Shown here: in pieces, positions 19,145-27,767 of the stretch
Numbering within the stretch: position 1 is the stretch's first letter
How the letters are laid out: each line of letters opens with the position of its first letter
Assembly: GCA_039815185.1 (NCBI GenBank)
Contig: JBCBZT010000074.1
Location: 1 to 28,840, forward strand
Direction of reading: 5' to 3'
Length of the DNA stretch: 28,840 nucleotides
Source of the DNA: Cyanobacteria bacterium P01_A01_bin.123
Lineage (GTDB): Bacteria > Cyanobacteriota > Cyanobacteriia > Phormidesmidales > Phormidesmidaceae
Made by a program: the position numbers and the translations under genes
The notes under the pieces: generated by a model
Seen by the model: only the letters and a program-made list of their open reading frames with translations
Told to the model about the DNA's origin: nothing
Database searches by the model: none

Positions 19145-21409
19145 ATGACCGAGCTTTCGTTTCCGTCTTTAGAGAAGGCACTCAAACATTTCTTTGGATA
19201 CGACCAATTTCGCCTAGGGCAACGACAGGTAATTGAAGACGTGTTGGCAAGCCGTGATGGGTTGGTGGTAATGCCAACTGGCGGTGGCAAGTCGCTTTGT
19301 TATCAATTGCCCGCGTTGCTGAAGCTAGGGGTGACGATTGTGGTGTCACCGTTAATTGCGCTGATGAAAGATCAGGTGGAAGCCCTTCAAGATAACGGCA
19401 TCGCAGCAACGTTCCTGAACAGCAGTTTGTCGCTGGACGAGACGCGATCGCGAGAAGCGGCCCTCCTCGACGGCAGGACTAAGTTGCTATATGTCGCCCC
19501 AGAACGTTTGCTCAACGCCAATTTTTCACCCTTCTTAGATCGGCTCCAGCAGCAGGTAGGTATCGCCACCTTTGCCATTGACGAGGCCCACTGCGTCTCT
19601 GAATGGGGGCATGACTTTCGCCCTGAATATCGCCAATTATTTACCCTCCGTCAGCGCTTCCCCAACGTGCCAATTGTGGCGCTCACGGCGACGGCGACGG
19701 AGCGGGTGCGTCAAGATATTATCCAACAACTCACCCTGCAAGACCCAGGGGTGCGGGTGGCGAGCTTTAATCGTCCCAACCTCTATTACGAGGTGGTGCC
19801 TAAGGAAAAACAGCCGTATGGCCAACTGTTGACCAAAATTCGCCAGCAAAACGGGTCTGGAATTGTCTACTGTCTCAGCCGTAAACGGGTAGATGAGTTA
19901 GCCTTTCGCCTCCAGCAAGATGGGATTGAAGCATTGCCTTACCATGCTGGGTTGAACGATCGCGATCGCTCGACTCACCAAACCCGATTTATTCGTGATG
20001 ATGTGCGTGTGATGGTGGCTACGGTGGCCTTTGGTATGGGTATCAATAAACCCGATGTGCGGTTTGTGATTCACTACGATTTACCTCGCAGTTTAGAGAG
20101 CTACTACCAAGAGTCTGGACGAGCTGGGCGCGACGGCGAAGCGGCTCAATGTACGGTGATCTTTGGCTATGGCGACGTCGCTACGGTGGACTATTTAATT
20201 AACCAAAAATCAGACTTACAAGAACAGCGGATTGCTCGCCAGCAGTTGCGGCAGGTGCTTGACTATGCTGAAAGTACGGTATGTCGTCGCCAAATCCAGC
20301 TGAGTTATTTTGGCGAGGTTTTTGCTGGCGACTGCAATCGCTGTGATAACTGCTGCCACCCCACGCCTTTAGAAGACTGGACAATTGAAGCACAAAAGTT
20401 TTTGTCTTGCATCGCCCGCTGTCGTGAACGCTTTGGGATGACCCACATTATTGATGTGTTGCGGGGGTCACGAAAGCAGAGGATTCTTGATTTGGGTCAC
20501 GATAAGCTCTCAACCCACGGCATCGGTAAGGATCACAGCTTGGATGAGTGGCGAGTTTTGGGACGATCGCTACTGCACCAACGTCTGGTCGACGAAACTA
20601 CCGATGGTTACCCGGTACTAAAGCTGAACGCTGCCAGTTGGCAAGTCTTGCGTAAACAGCTGGAGGTCAAAATTGCGGTGCCTGAGCGGGCACGGCAGCG
20701 TGGCAAAGCAAGTGACGACGAGCCCGCTACCTCGAAAACAGTTGCTTGGCAGGATGCGCCTCCAGAAGCCCTGTTGCTGTTGGGCCGTCTGCGATCGCTG
20801 CGGAAACGCTTAGCTGATGATCAGGCGGTGCCGCCCTATGTCGTATTCGCCGAATCAAGCCTGCGTCAAATGGCGCTTGATCGTCCCCAGACTCGCGACC
20901 AATTTGCTCAAATCTCAGGGGTGGGTAGCCGTAAATTATCCCAGTATGGTCAGGTATTTACCCAAGAAATTCGCAGTTTTTGCCAAGAACAAGGCTTAGA
21001 AGTCGTCTCCGAATCGGCAGTCAGCGCCAGCGTATTTGAGGAAGTCCCCTCAGCAGCACGGCGCAGCACGGCCACCTTGACCAACACCCACTTTGTCACC
21101 CTACACCATTACCAACAGGGGCTTTCTCCAGCGGAAATTGCCATTGAACGAGGGCTACGCTTGAGCACAATTACCGATCACCTAGAGCGGTTGATGCAGG
21201 GGGGCCATAACATCGATATTGACAAGTTAGTCTCCCCAGAACGGCAGGGCGTGATTCGGGATGCGATCGCTGCCATAGATTCCACCGCGCTACGAGACAT
21301 TCGCGATCGCCTAGGAGAAACCTACGACTACAACGAAATTCGCTTAGTACGGGGCGATTGGGAACGGCAGCAAGCCGCGATCGCAAACAGTGAAGCAAAC
21401 CCTGTATAG
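19145..21409 (+). CDS. recQ: ATP-dependent DNA helicase RecQ
   Basis: MPTGGGKSLCYQ, DEAHCVSEWGHDFRPEY, QESGRAGRDG, Zn site CRR..CNRCDNC, RQC, HRDC (VPPYVVFAESSL) and C-terminal HTH. Start at 19145 or 19136. Confidence 0.97.
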   Translation: MTELSFPSLEKALKHFFGYDQFRLGQRQVIEDVLASRDGLVVMPTGGGKSLCYQLPALLKLGVTIVVSPLIALMKDQVEALQDNGIAATFLNSSLSLDETRSREAALLDGRTKLLYVAPERLLNANFSPFLDRLQQQVGIATFAIDEAHCVSEWGHDFRPEYRQLFTLRQRFPNVPIVALTATATERVRQDIIQQLTLQDPGVRVASFNRPNLYYEVVPKEKQPYGQLLTKIRQQNGSGIVYCLSRKRVDELAFRLQQDGIEALPYHAGLNDRDRSTHQTRFIRDDVRVMVATVAFGMGINKPDVRFVIHYDLPRSLESYYQESGRAGRDGEAAQCTVIFGYGDVATVDYLINQKSDLQEQRIARQQLRQVLDYAESTVCRRQIQLSYFGEVFAGDCNRCDNCCHPTPLEDWTIEAQKFLSCIARCRERFGMTHIIDVLRGSRKQRILDLGHDKLSTHGIGKDHSLDEWRVLGRSLLHQRLVDETTDGYPVLKLNAASWQVLRKQLEVKIAVPERARQRGKASDDEPATSKTVAWQDAPPEALLLLGRLRSLRKRLADDQAVPPYVVFAESSLRQMALDRPQTRDQFAQISGVGSRKLSQYGQVFTQEIRSFCQEQGLEVVSESAVSASVFEEVPSAARRSTATLTNTHFVTLHHYQQGLSPAEIAIERGLRLSTITDHLERLMQGGHNIDIDKLVSPERQGVIRDAIAAIDSTALRDIRDRLGETYDYNEIRLVRGDWERQQAAIANSEANPV

Positions 21410-21483
21410 CCAGAAATCTGCTCAAAAGCATGTCGATATATCTAAAAGCTAAAAAAACGCCAATCCAAAAATCAAACGGGAAA

Positions 21484-22452
21484 CTAACTTTGGCTCAACT
21501 GCCTTAGTTTCGAGCGCAGTTGGCTAATTTCTTCCCAATTTCCAGTTTCATTGCCCATTTTTTTGAATTGCAGCTTTTTATGAGCCAGTTCAGCGGCGAC
21601 TTGGATGATCTTGCGGCGTTGGGAGGCGTTTAACCCCAGGCCCGCCATGAGCTTATGGGCACTGGGGTCGCAAATGGCTTCGTAGAGCGATCGCGACAGG
21701 CTCCCCGGCACCTCATCAGCCAAGTAAGTTCGCAATCTAGCCCGATCCACTCGGGCAGCCACAATCCACAGCAACAACATCACTAATAGCAGAACGCCAT
21801 AGTTCAACAGTGCGACTAAAAAAGACAACCCAGCAGTTGCCTCAACCAGCACAACAGCACCGTTATGAATTAAGTGCAGCAGCATGGCCACCAGCAACGC
21901 CCCTAGAACCGTCACTACCCGTCCCAACGGATTGTGCATGTAACGGGCAAACCCAAACCCCATGCCCACGAGCGCTGTCCAAAAACCGTGTAGCCCTCCA
22001 AACACGATGGTACGCAAGAAAAATAATGACACCCATTCTTCAGCGCTGGTCGTGCCCATCAGGTAAAGGATATTCTCCACATAGGCGAAGCCAAACCCTG
22101 CCATCGCACCGTACACCATGCCGTCTACCCAGCCGTCAAACTCCCGTCGCTTGGTGAGATAGATGATGGCAACAGCCATTGCTTTGAGAAATTCCTCTGT
22201 AATCGGTGCCCCCAAGGACGCTTCTACCAGTTCCGCCTGAAGCGTTTCGCTGCCCAGAAGAAATGCGACGGGTAACGACAGCCCCACCTGCAAAATTAGG
22301 GCAAAAATCACGGCGGGCACCGCCCCCCACAAAAAGGCATAGATCAAATAGGGAACGGGTTCTTTCTCGTAACGATCGGCACTGCGCACGAGAGAGGTAT
22401 AGACCCAAGTAGGCAAGAGCAGCGTCAAAGCTGTGATTACAAATTTCGTCAT
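21484..22452 (-). CDS. PrsW family intramembrane glutamic/metalloprotease
   Basis: DRYEKEP, APITEEFLK, GFGFAYVENILY, HGFWT and HLIHN motifs; multi-TM. Confidence 0.9.
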   Translation of the reverse strand: MTKFVITALTLLLPTWVYTSLVRSADRYEKEPVPYLIYAFLWGAVPAVIFALILQVGLSLPVAFLLGSETLQAELVEASLGAPITEEFLKAMAVAIIYLTKRREFDGWVDGMVYGAMAGFGFAYVENILYLMGTTSAEEWVSLFFLRTIVFGGLHGFWTALVGMGFGFARYMHNPLGRVVTVLGALLVAMLLHLIHNGAVVLVEATAGLSFLVALLNYGVLLLVMLLLWIVAARVDRARLRTYLADEVPGSLSRSLYEAICDPSAHKLMAGLGLNASQRRKIIQVAAELAHKKLQFKKMGNETGNWEEISQLRSKLRQLSQS

Positions 22453-22535
22453 GGCCGTCGAGAGGCTTAATAAAGGGTATCTCTAGAAATTCCTGTAGGA
22501 TGAGCTAACGCTTACGGGTTGTCAAGTTGAACCAT

Positions 22536-22625
22536 TGTCCCATCCAGATTCACAGTTCCCTTTGAGCTAAAAATTTCTCCTTCGGAGACGCTGCGCGAAC
22601 AAATTTTCAAATCGGACGAAGTTTA
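22536..22625. repeat. MITE-like dispersed repeat, copy A, with 25-bp insert at 22576-22600
   Basis: TGTCCCATCCAGATTCACAGTT..GAGCTAAAAATT[insert]..CAAATCGG..GTTTA aligns with 27520-27586. Confidence 0.7.
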
Positions 22626-22641
22626 GAACTCCAAAGTTGTG

Positions 22642-23079
22642 CTAATCGCCTGAAACCTGAATCATTACGGTACGTTGGCGGGGACCATCGAGGTCAAATA
22701 AGATCACCGATTGATAGGTGCCTAGGGCAAGTTTACCGTCTACGAGGGGGACAATTTCACTGGTGCTCAGGGTGATTGCCATCAAATGAGAATGGGCATT
22801 TTCGGGTTCATCTTCAGGCACATCGCGCAGGTGCAAATCATTGTGCAAATACTGAACGGTCGGGGGGGCAAGTTTGCGTAGGTAATGCTTGATATCTTGC
22901 AGTAGGCGAGTTTCGTATTCGTTGATGGCTAGTGCGGTGGTGGTATGGCGGGAAAAGATCAAGACCTGGCCGTTACGAACACCTGTTGTATCTACCCAAG
23001 ACTGAATCGCTGGTGTGAGATTGACAAGATCAATGCTGTCTTCGGTTTCAAGCTTCAGAATGGTATTGAGGATAGTCAT
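22642..23079 (-). CDS. yjbQ: YjbQ / UPF0047 family protein
   Basis: HTTTALAINE, YLHND, NAHSHL and LGTYQSVILFDLDGPRQR motifs. Confidence 0.9.
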   Translation of the reverse strand: MTILNTILKLETEDSIDLVNLTPAIQSWVDTTGVRNGQVLIFSRHTTTALAINEYETRLLQDIKHYLRKLAPPTVQYLHNDLHLRDVPEDEPENAHSHLMAITLSTSEIVPLVDGKLALGTYQSVILFDLDGPRQRTVMIQVSGD

Positions 23080-23143
23080 CTGTGATTTGATGATTCAGAT
23101 TTAAGAGCTCAGAGCTATTGAAAGTCTACAGGGGTTAGAAACC

Positions 23144-23563
23144 ATGGACGATGAGGCGCTGCGATCGCTGTTGAATCAGGTTAAAACCATTGCCGTAGTG
23201 GGTCATTCAGATAAACCAAGTCGGCCCAGCTATCAAATTGCCCAGTATTTAAGACAAATGGGCTACCAGGTACATCCGGTTAATCCGGCAGTTGAACAGA
23301 TTGACGATCAACCTAGCTATGCCAGTTTGTCAGCGGTGCCCGCACCGATTGAACTTGTGGATGTGTTTCGTCGCCCTGAGACAGTACCTGAGATTGTCGA
23401 AGCTGCGATCGCGGTGGGGGCTAAGGCCCTCTGGTTACAAGTGGGCGTGGTTCATCCAGAAGCAACAGCCCGAGCCCGAGCCGCTGGGTTAACAGTTGTG
23501 GTAGATCGCTGCATCATGATTGAGCACAAACGGTTGGGACTTGGAGGCAGGAATAAGATATGA
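23144..23563 (+). CDS. CoA-binding protein (YccU-like)
   Basis: TIAVVGHSDKPSRPSY, PVNP, VDVFRR, LWLQVGV and VVVDRCIMIEH motifs. Confidence 0.92.
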   Translation: MDDEALRSLLNQVKTIAVVGHSDKPSRPSYQIAQYLRQMGYQVHPVNPAVEQIDDQPSYASLSAVPAPIELVDVFRRPETVPEIVEAAIAVGAKALWLQVGVVHPEATARARAAGLTVVVDRCIMIEHKRLGLGGRNKI

Positions 23564-24888
23564 TGCGCCGTTTTTGGGCAATGCTAATCATCAGCATCGG
23601 CGTTTATTTATGTTTGTGGATTCCTCAAAACCCGTCGCTCTTGAGTGTTGACGGGCATGATGGGCTCTCTGCGACGCCTACTGCCCAAGCTCAAATTGAA
23701 GATCCAGGCCAAAGCAACGGGGCAGCGTCAGAGGTATCTCCGACAACCGATGCAACTGCCCAGATCAATGCTGGATTGGCCGCCGCGGCCACTGCCGAAC
23801 AACAAGCAGTGACGGCTCGCACTGCTGACGATTGGGATCAGGTCGTGATGGGTTGGCTGACCGCGATCGGGCACATGCAAGCTATCACGGCTAACCAGCC
23901 CCAACGGATGTATGCCCAAAGCAAGGGAGCTGAATACACGCGATCGCTTACACAAGCCCAAACCCAAGCATCAAGACTGGGGATACCAACAGTATTTCCC
24001 ACCTTGGGCAGCTCGATTTTAGATCAGCAGCTTGTGAATTATCTGTCTTATATAGCAGCCATGGGTGTACCTGACACTTTGATTGTGGGCAGTTCGCGGG
24101 CACTATGGGGAGTTGATCCGCAAGCGTTAGAGCAAGCCTTAGCTGGCGCTGGCTATGATAATTTGCGGGTATATAACCTGGGGGTCAACGGAGCAACGGC
24201 TCAAGCCGTGAACTTTTTCCTCCAGCAGTTACTCACAACGGAACAACTGCCTCGTTTAATTTTGTGGGCGGGTGGGTCGCGGGGCTTTAATAGCGCCAGG
24301 CGAGATACAACCTTTGCCTCCGTTTTAAACTCACTGGGACATCAAAGCCTTGAGCAGGGCGATCGCCCTAGCTTTGACCTACCCAATACCCGCCAGTTTT
24401 TAAGAAATACCCAATCAATGGTGGAACTCAGTGCCAACGGCTTTTTGGTAAAAGAGAATCGGTTTGACCCCGCCACCTATTATCAACAGTTTCCTCGAGT
24501 CGCAGGACGCTACGACGATACCTATGTACCGTTTCAACTGGTTGGTGAACAAACTGAAGCCTTAGAAGAACTGGCGGCTTTTACGCGATCGCGCAATATC
24601 CCCCTCGTCTTTGTGAACTTACCCTTGACTGACGACTATTTAGATGAAACACGCAACCCCATCGAACGGCAGTTTCAACAATATCTCAACCAGCAAAGCC
24701 AAGCGGCAGGATTTGGCCTGATTGATTACCTCAACCAGTGGCCAAACCAGTATGGCTACTTTGCCGACCCCAGCCATCTGAACCGTTACGGTGCAGAGGC
24801 ATTGGCCCGCGCCTTGGCAGGAGACTATCGAGTCCCTTGGGCATCGTTGCAGCAGCAATCTCTAATTGCTCCCCAACCAACTGAATAA
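23560..24888 (+). CDS. Membrane-anchored SGNH-like (DUF1574-type) protein
   Basis: N-terminal TM/signal; IVGSSRA (Ser), YNLGVNGATAQ and FADPSHLNRYGA (DxxH); ATGA overlap with the upstream gene. Confidence 0.8.
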   Translation: MMRRFWAMLIISIGVYLCLWIPQNPSLLSVDGHDGLSATPTAQAQIEDPGQSNGAASEVSPTTDATAQINAGLAAAATAEQQAVTARTADDWDQVVMGWLTAIGHMQAITANQPQRMYAQSKGAEYTRSLTQAQTQASRLGIPTVFPTLGSSILDQQLVNYLSYIAAMGVPDTLIVGSSRALWGVDPQALEQALAGAGYDNLRVYNLGVNGATAQAVNFFLQQLLTTEQLPRLILWAGGSRGFNSARRDTTFASVLNSLGHQSLEQGDRPSFDLPNTRQFLRNTQSMVELSANGFLVKENRFDPATYYQQFPRVAGRYDDTYVPFQLVGEQTEALEELAAFTRSRNIPLVFVNLPLTDDYLDETRNPIERQFQQYLNQQSQAAGFGLIDYLNQWPNQYGYFADPSHLNRYGAEALARALAGDYRVPWASLQQQSLIAPQPTE

Positions 24889-24991
24889 TGGGAGCGAACG
24901 ACATAGTGGCCATAGCGTTAGCCTTTTTGCTAGCACCTACGGTAATTTCCCTGCGGTAATTTCTTAATAGCAACAACCAGGAGACTAGAGC

Positions 24992-25483
24992 TTAGTCTTC
25001 CACAGGGGCATAAAACGTACCTTCCACTTCAACAATGTCGTCTTGATTTAAACGATCCACCTCGATAATAGTTCGGGGTGGATAGGGCCCATCTCCCCAT
25101 AGTTCTTCTTGAATCTGATTAACAATCGGACGATAACGATACATATCCGTTACGTAAACCACGAGACGCACCGCATCGCGTAGCGTAGCCCCTTCGGATT
25201 CTGCGATGAGCTGCATGTTCATAAACGCCTGTCGCACCCGCCCTTCTGCATCGGGCACCAAGGCATTGGTCTCAGGGTCAATGCCTCGCATCCCCGCTAC
25301 ATAAATAAAATCTCCTGCCCGAGTCCCCAAACTCCAGGTTGCCGTTGGGATAATGCCGCCTTCGGGGGCAAGCGTTCTGACACCGTTGGGAGACACGCGT
25401 TGTTCTTCCTGGGCAGCTAACTCAGGTGCTACCGTCAATAGCGTTGCTAACGAAAGCATCGCAAACGCACCGTATTTGATCAT
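24992..25483 (-). CDS. RidA/YjgF family protein with N-terminal signal peptide
   Basis: Start MIKYGAFAMLSLATLLTVAPELAA-QEE at 25483 with GGAG RBS; GDFIYVAG, RQAFMNM, VVYVTDM, YPPRTIIEV and VEVEG motifs. Confidence 0.85.
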   Translation of the reverse strand: MIKYGAFAMLSLATLLTVAPELAAQEEQRVSPNGVRTLAPEGGIIPTATWSLGTRAGDFIYVAGMRGIDPETNALVPDAEGRVRQAFMNMQLIAESEGATLRDAVRLVVYVTDMYRYRPIVNQIQEELWGDGPYPPRTIIEVDRLNQDDIVEVEGTFYAPVED

Positions 25484-25591
25484 CTTGTTTCTCCGTGACA
25501 CCACGGAAGCACTATAGCAAGCTGCCTTCTCTCTGCAGATATCGCTAGATACAGAAGCTTCGGCCCATCTTATGCCGCCGATACGACACAT

Positions 25592-25624
25592 AAAAAGTCG
25601 AGACACCCAATCAGGTATCTCGAC
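25592..25624 (-). terminator. Intrinsic terminator after the choice-of-anchor I gene
   Basis: Minus strand GTCGAGATACC-TGATTG-GGTGTCTCGAC-TTTTT. Confidence 0.8.
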
Positions 25625-25690
25625 CGATTAAATCTTCAAGCCTTGAGACGATTGCTGCCCAACGCAGCCGAGCAAAGCAATCTTCGTCGG

Positions 25691-27379
25691 TTATTGACCC
25701 ACTTGGCGAAGCTTGAGTTGGCGGACACCAAGGGCTGCGATCGCGACTAGACCCGCCGCCATACCCGGTTCAGGCACAGAGGCAGAATCGCCTTCAACCT
25801 GATAAATCCGGGTGGTTCCACTAACTTCATTGGTCACGACCAGCAAAGGACTGCCATTCGGGCTGCCAATGCCGTCGATAAATAGCAGACCCTCGGGACC
25901 CAGATCGCCCGCTAAGGGAAAATCTTCAAGGTTGTCTTCGTCAAATTCGACATCAAAGTTACGGGGATTAATGTAGTCCACAAACACAGGATTTTCAGGA
26001 TCGGTAATCCGGTAGGTGACGACACCCCCAATCCGCTCTAGACCTACGAAGGCATAGATTTCACCGTCTACGACGCCCACCGTCACCCCTTCAGGTTCTG
26101 GGCCTTTGGCATCACTGCGACTATCAAAGCTACCATTCTCGTCGTTGGTTGAGTTGAACGCTTCCGGCAATAGCTCAGCCGTGATTTTCTCTAGGGCATC
26201 GCCGCTATCCCACACGAGGTTACCCTGGGCATCCCAAATAGAGATGGAACGGGTACCAAAGGCGTAGAGTTCGTCATAGTCGCCGTCGCCATCAATGTCA
26301 CCCTCAGTTGTGGTAACTATGAAGCGGCCCAGGTTTTCATCTGTTTGGAGTTCATCCGCGTTGGGAAATGCGTCGGGATCAAGATCCAAATCTTCCACCC
26401 GTTCTTCTTCGGCAAAGGCTGTGACATCGTCGCCGTTAGCGTCTTCAAACGCGTATTCCCGAGCATCCCCTTCGTTAGCAGTGATCAGATAGGTTTCGCC
26501 ATCGACTTCAAAGGACGCGATCGCGTCGGGTTGGGGCATCCCAAAAAGATTGTCATAGGTAGTGATGTTGATGGCATCATCATCATCGCTGGCATCTAAG
26601 CCATTCCCATCTTCACCGTGATCTTTGAAGTCCAGACCCACCAGGTCGGTAAAGACACCGTTCTCAATGTCCAGAATCCCGAGGGCGTTGTTTTCTTGCA
26701 GTGCCACATAGGCAGTTGTGCCATCGGCAGAAACAGTAATGTATTCGGGTTCGAGATCTTGAGCCACAGATGCGTTGGGGCCGAAGATGCGAATGCTGTC
26801 ATCAAGGTTGGCGTTGTTGAACTGGGTAAATCCTGCCGTTGTCACGGAATCATCGAGCAAGTTAATGATGCTCACCGAACCTTCTGGATCGACGGTGTAG
26901 TCGTCGCTGGGTTCTCCCTCATTGGCCACCAAAATTTTGGTGCCGTCTGGGGTGAAGGTGACCATGTCAGGCAAGGCACCTACCGTAAACTGCTTTAGCT
27001 TGTCACCTGTACTTTCAAACAGCACCACCTGTCCCGGATCTTGAGCCACGTCAGCTTCGACCGCTACGGCTAGAGTCCCGTTGCTAAAGGCCACGCTGTT
27101 GACACCGCCACCAAAGGGATCTAACTCGATGGTATTGACTAAAAAAGGATTCGTCGGGTCAGAAATGCTGACGATATCAACGGTATTGGCGTTGGCATTG
27201 GTGATAAAGAGCTGTTGACTTTCGGCATCATAAGCAGAAATCTCTGCGGCCCCTTCATCGAAGATGGGGTCGCCAAAGACACCAATGGGGGTGAGGCTAA
27301 ATGCAGCCGCAGGCGTCGCGATCGCCCCTGACAGCACAATAACAGGGGCGGTTAGGCTTAAAATTTTTGTAAATGTCAT
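25691..27379 (-). CDS. Choice-of-anchor I family (atypical alkaline phosphatase-like) surface protein with PEP-CTERM sorting signal
   Basis: Signal peptide ending AAA-F; GAAEISAYD, VGALPDMVTFTPDG, ANEGEP, DLEPEY, TANEGDAR, RSDAKGPEPEG, GLERIGG, DLGPEG, NEVSGT; C-terminal SVPEP plus TM plus basic tail. Confidence 0.9.
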   Translation of the reverse strand: MTFTKILSLTAPVIVLSGAIATPAAAFSLTPIGVFGDPIFDEGAAEISAYDAESQQLFITNANANTVDIVSISDPTNPFLVNTIELDPFGGGVNSVAFSNGTLAVAVEADVAQDPGQVVLFESTGDKLKQFTVGALPDMVTFTPDGTKILVANEGEPSDDYTVDPEGSVSIINLLDDSVTTAGFTQFNNANLDDSIRIFGPNASVAQDLEPEYITVSADGTTAYVALQENNALGILDIENGVFTDLVGLDFKDHGEDGNGLDASDDDDAINITTYDNLFGMPQPDAIASFEVDGETYLITANEGDAREYAFEDANGDDVTAFAEEERVEDLDLDPDAFPNADELQTDENLGRFIVTTTEGDIDGDGDYDELYAFGTRSISIWDAQGNLVWDSGDALEKITAELLPEAFNSTNDENGSFDSRSDAKGPEPEGVTVGVVDGEIYAFVGLERIGGVVTYRITDPENPVFVDYINPRNFDVEFDEDNLEDFPLAGDLGPEGLLFIDGIGSPNGSPLLVVTNEVSGTTRIYQVEGDSASVPEPGMAAGLVAIAALGVRQLKLRQVGQ

Positions 27380-27404
27380 GGGGTTAGTCGTAATTGCACC
27401 TACG

Positions 27405-27459
27405 ACCGTATCGGCGAGGGATTAAGACATGGGAAATCAAAGATTAACTGAGGGTTAAT
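27405..27459 (-). promoter_or_regulatory. Pho box (SphR/PhoB) and -10 box upstream of the phosphatase-like gene
   Basis: Minus-strand units at 11-bp period: ATTAACCC, GTTAATCT, ATTTCCCA (degenerate), CTTAATCC, with TTAA at 27455, 27444 and 27422. TACGGT -10 at 27405-27410. Confidence 0.75.
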
Positions 27460-27519
27460 CACTCCGTAGTCTCACGGTTTCTTTAAGGTGGCTAAAAAGA
27501 CAGCGATCGCTTTAAACAC

Positions 27520-27603
27520 TGTCCCCATCCAGATCCACGGTTTTTCCCGGAGCTAAAATTCAAGGTTGCAAATCGGCTGGGGTTTATCTGGGCTTCATGG
27601 ACA
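27520..27603. repeat. MITE-like dispersed repeat, copy B, with imperfect terminal inverted repeats
   Basis: TGTCC..CCAGAT at the left end and ATCTGG..GGACA at the right end; homologous to 22536-22625. Confidence 0.65.
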
Positions 27604-27767
27604 ATCGGTTAACGGGGTTGAGGGATGCTGGTGCATTAAGCAATCTGGCCAGCGCTATATCAATCGAAATCGCTACGCTGATTAGAGCCGCATTGGTAGG
27701 ATTATGGAAATCTTTGCCAGAATTGAGCAAAGCGGTCTGAGCAAAGTTTGGAAAGGCTCAAAGCACC

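Noticed and set aside
21410..21483. Possible third copy of the MITE-like repeat (AAGCTAAAAA..AAATC)
   Set aside because: Similarity is limited to A-rich words, and the TGTCCCATCCAGAT end is absent.
25484..25606. N-terminal extension of the RidA ORF (likewise 13162-13218 for TerB and 14065-14169 for Crp)
   Set aside because: Family similarity begins at downstream ATGs, with an RBS for RidA and TerB, and the RidA extension overlaps a terminator.
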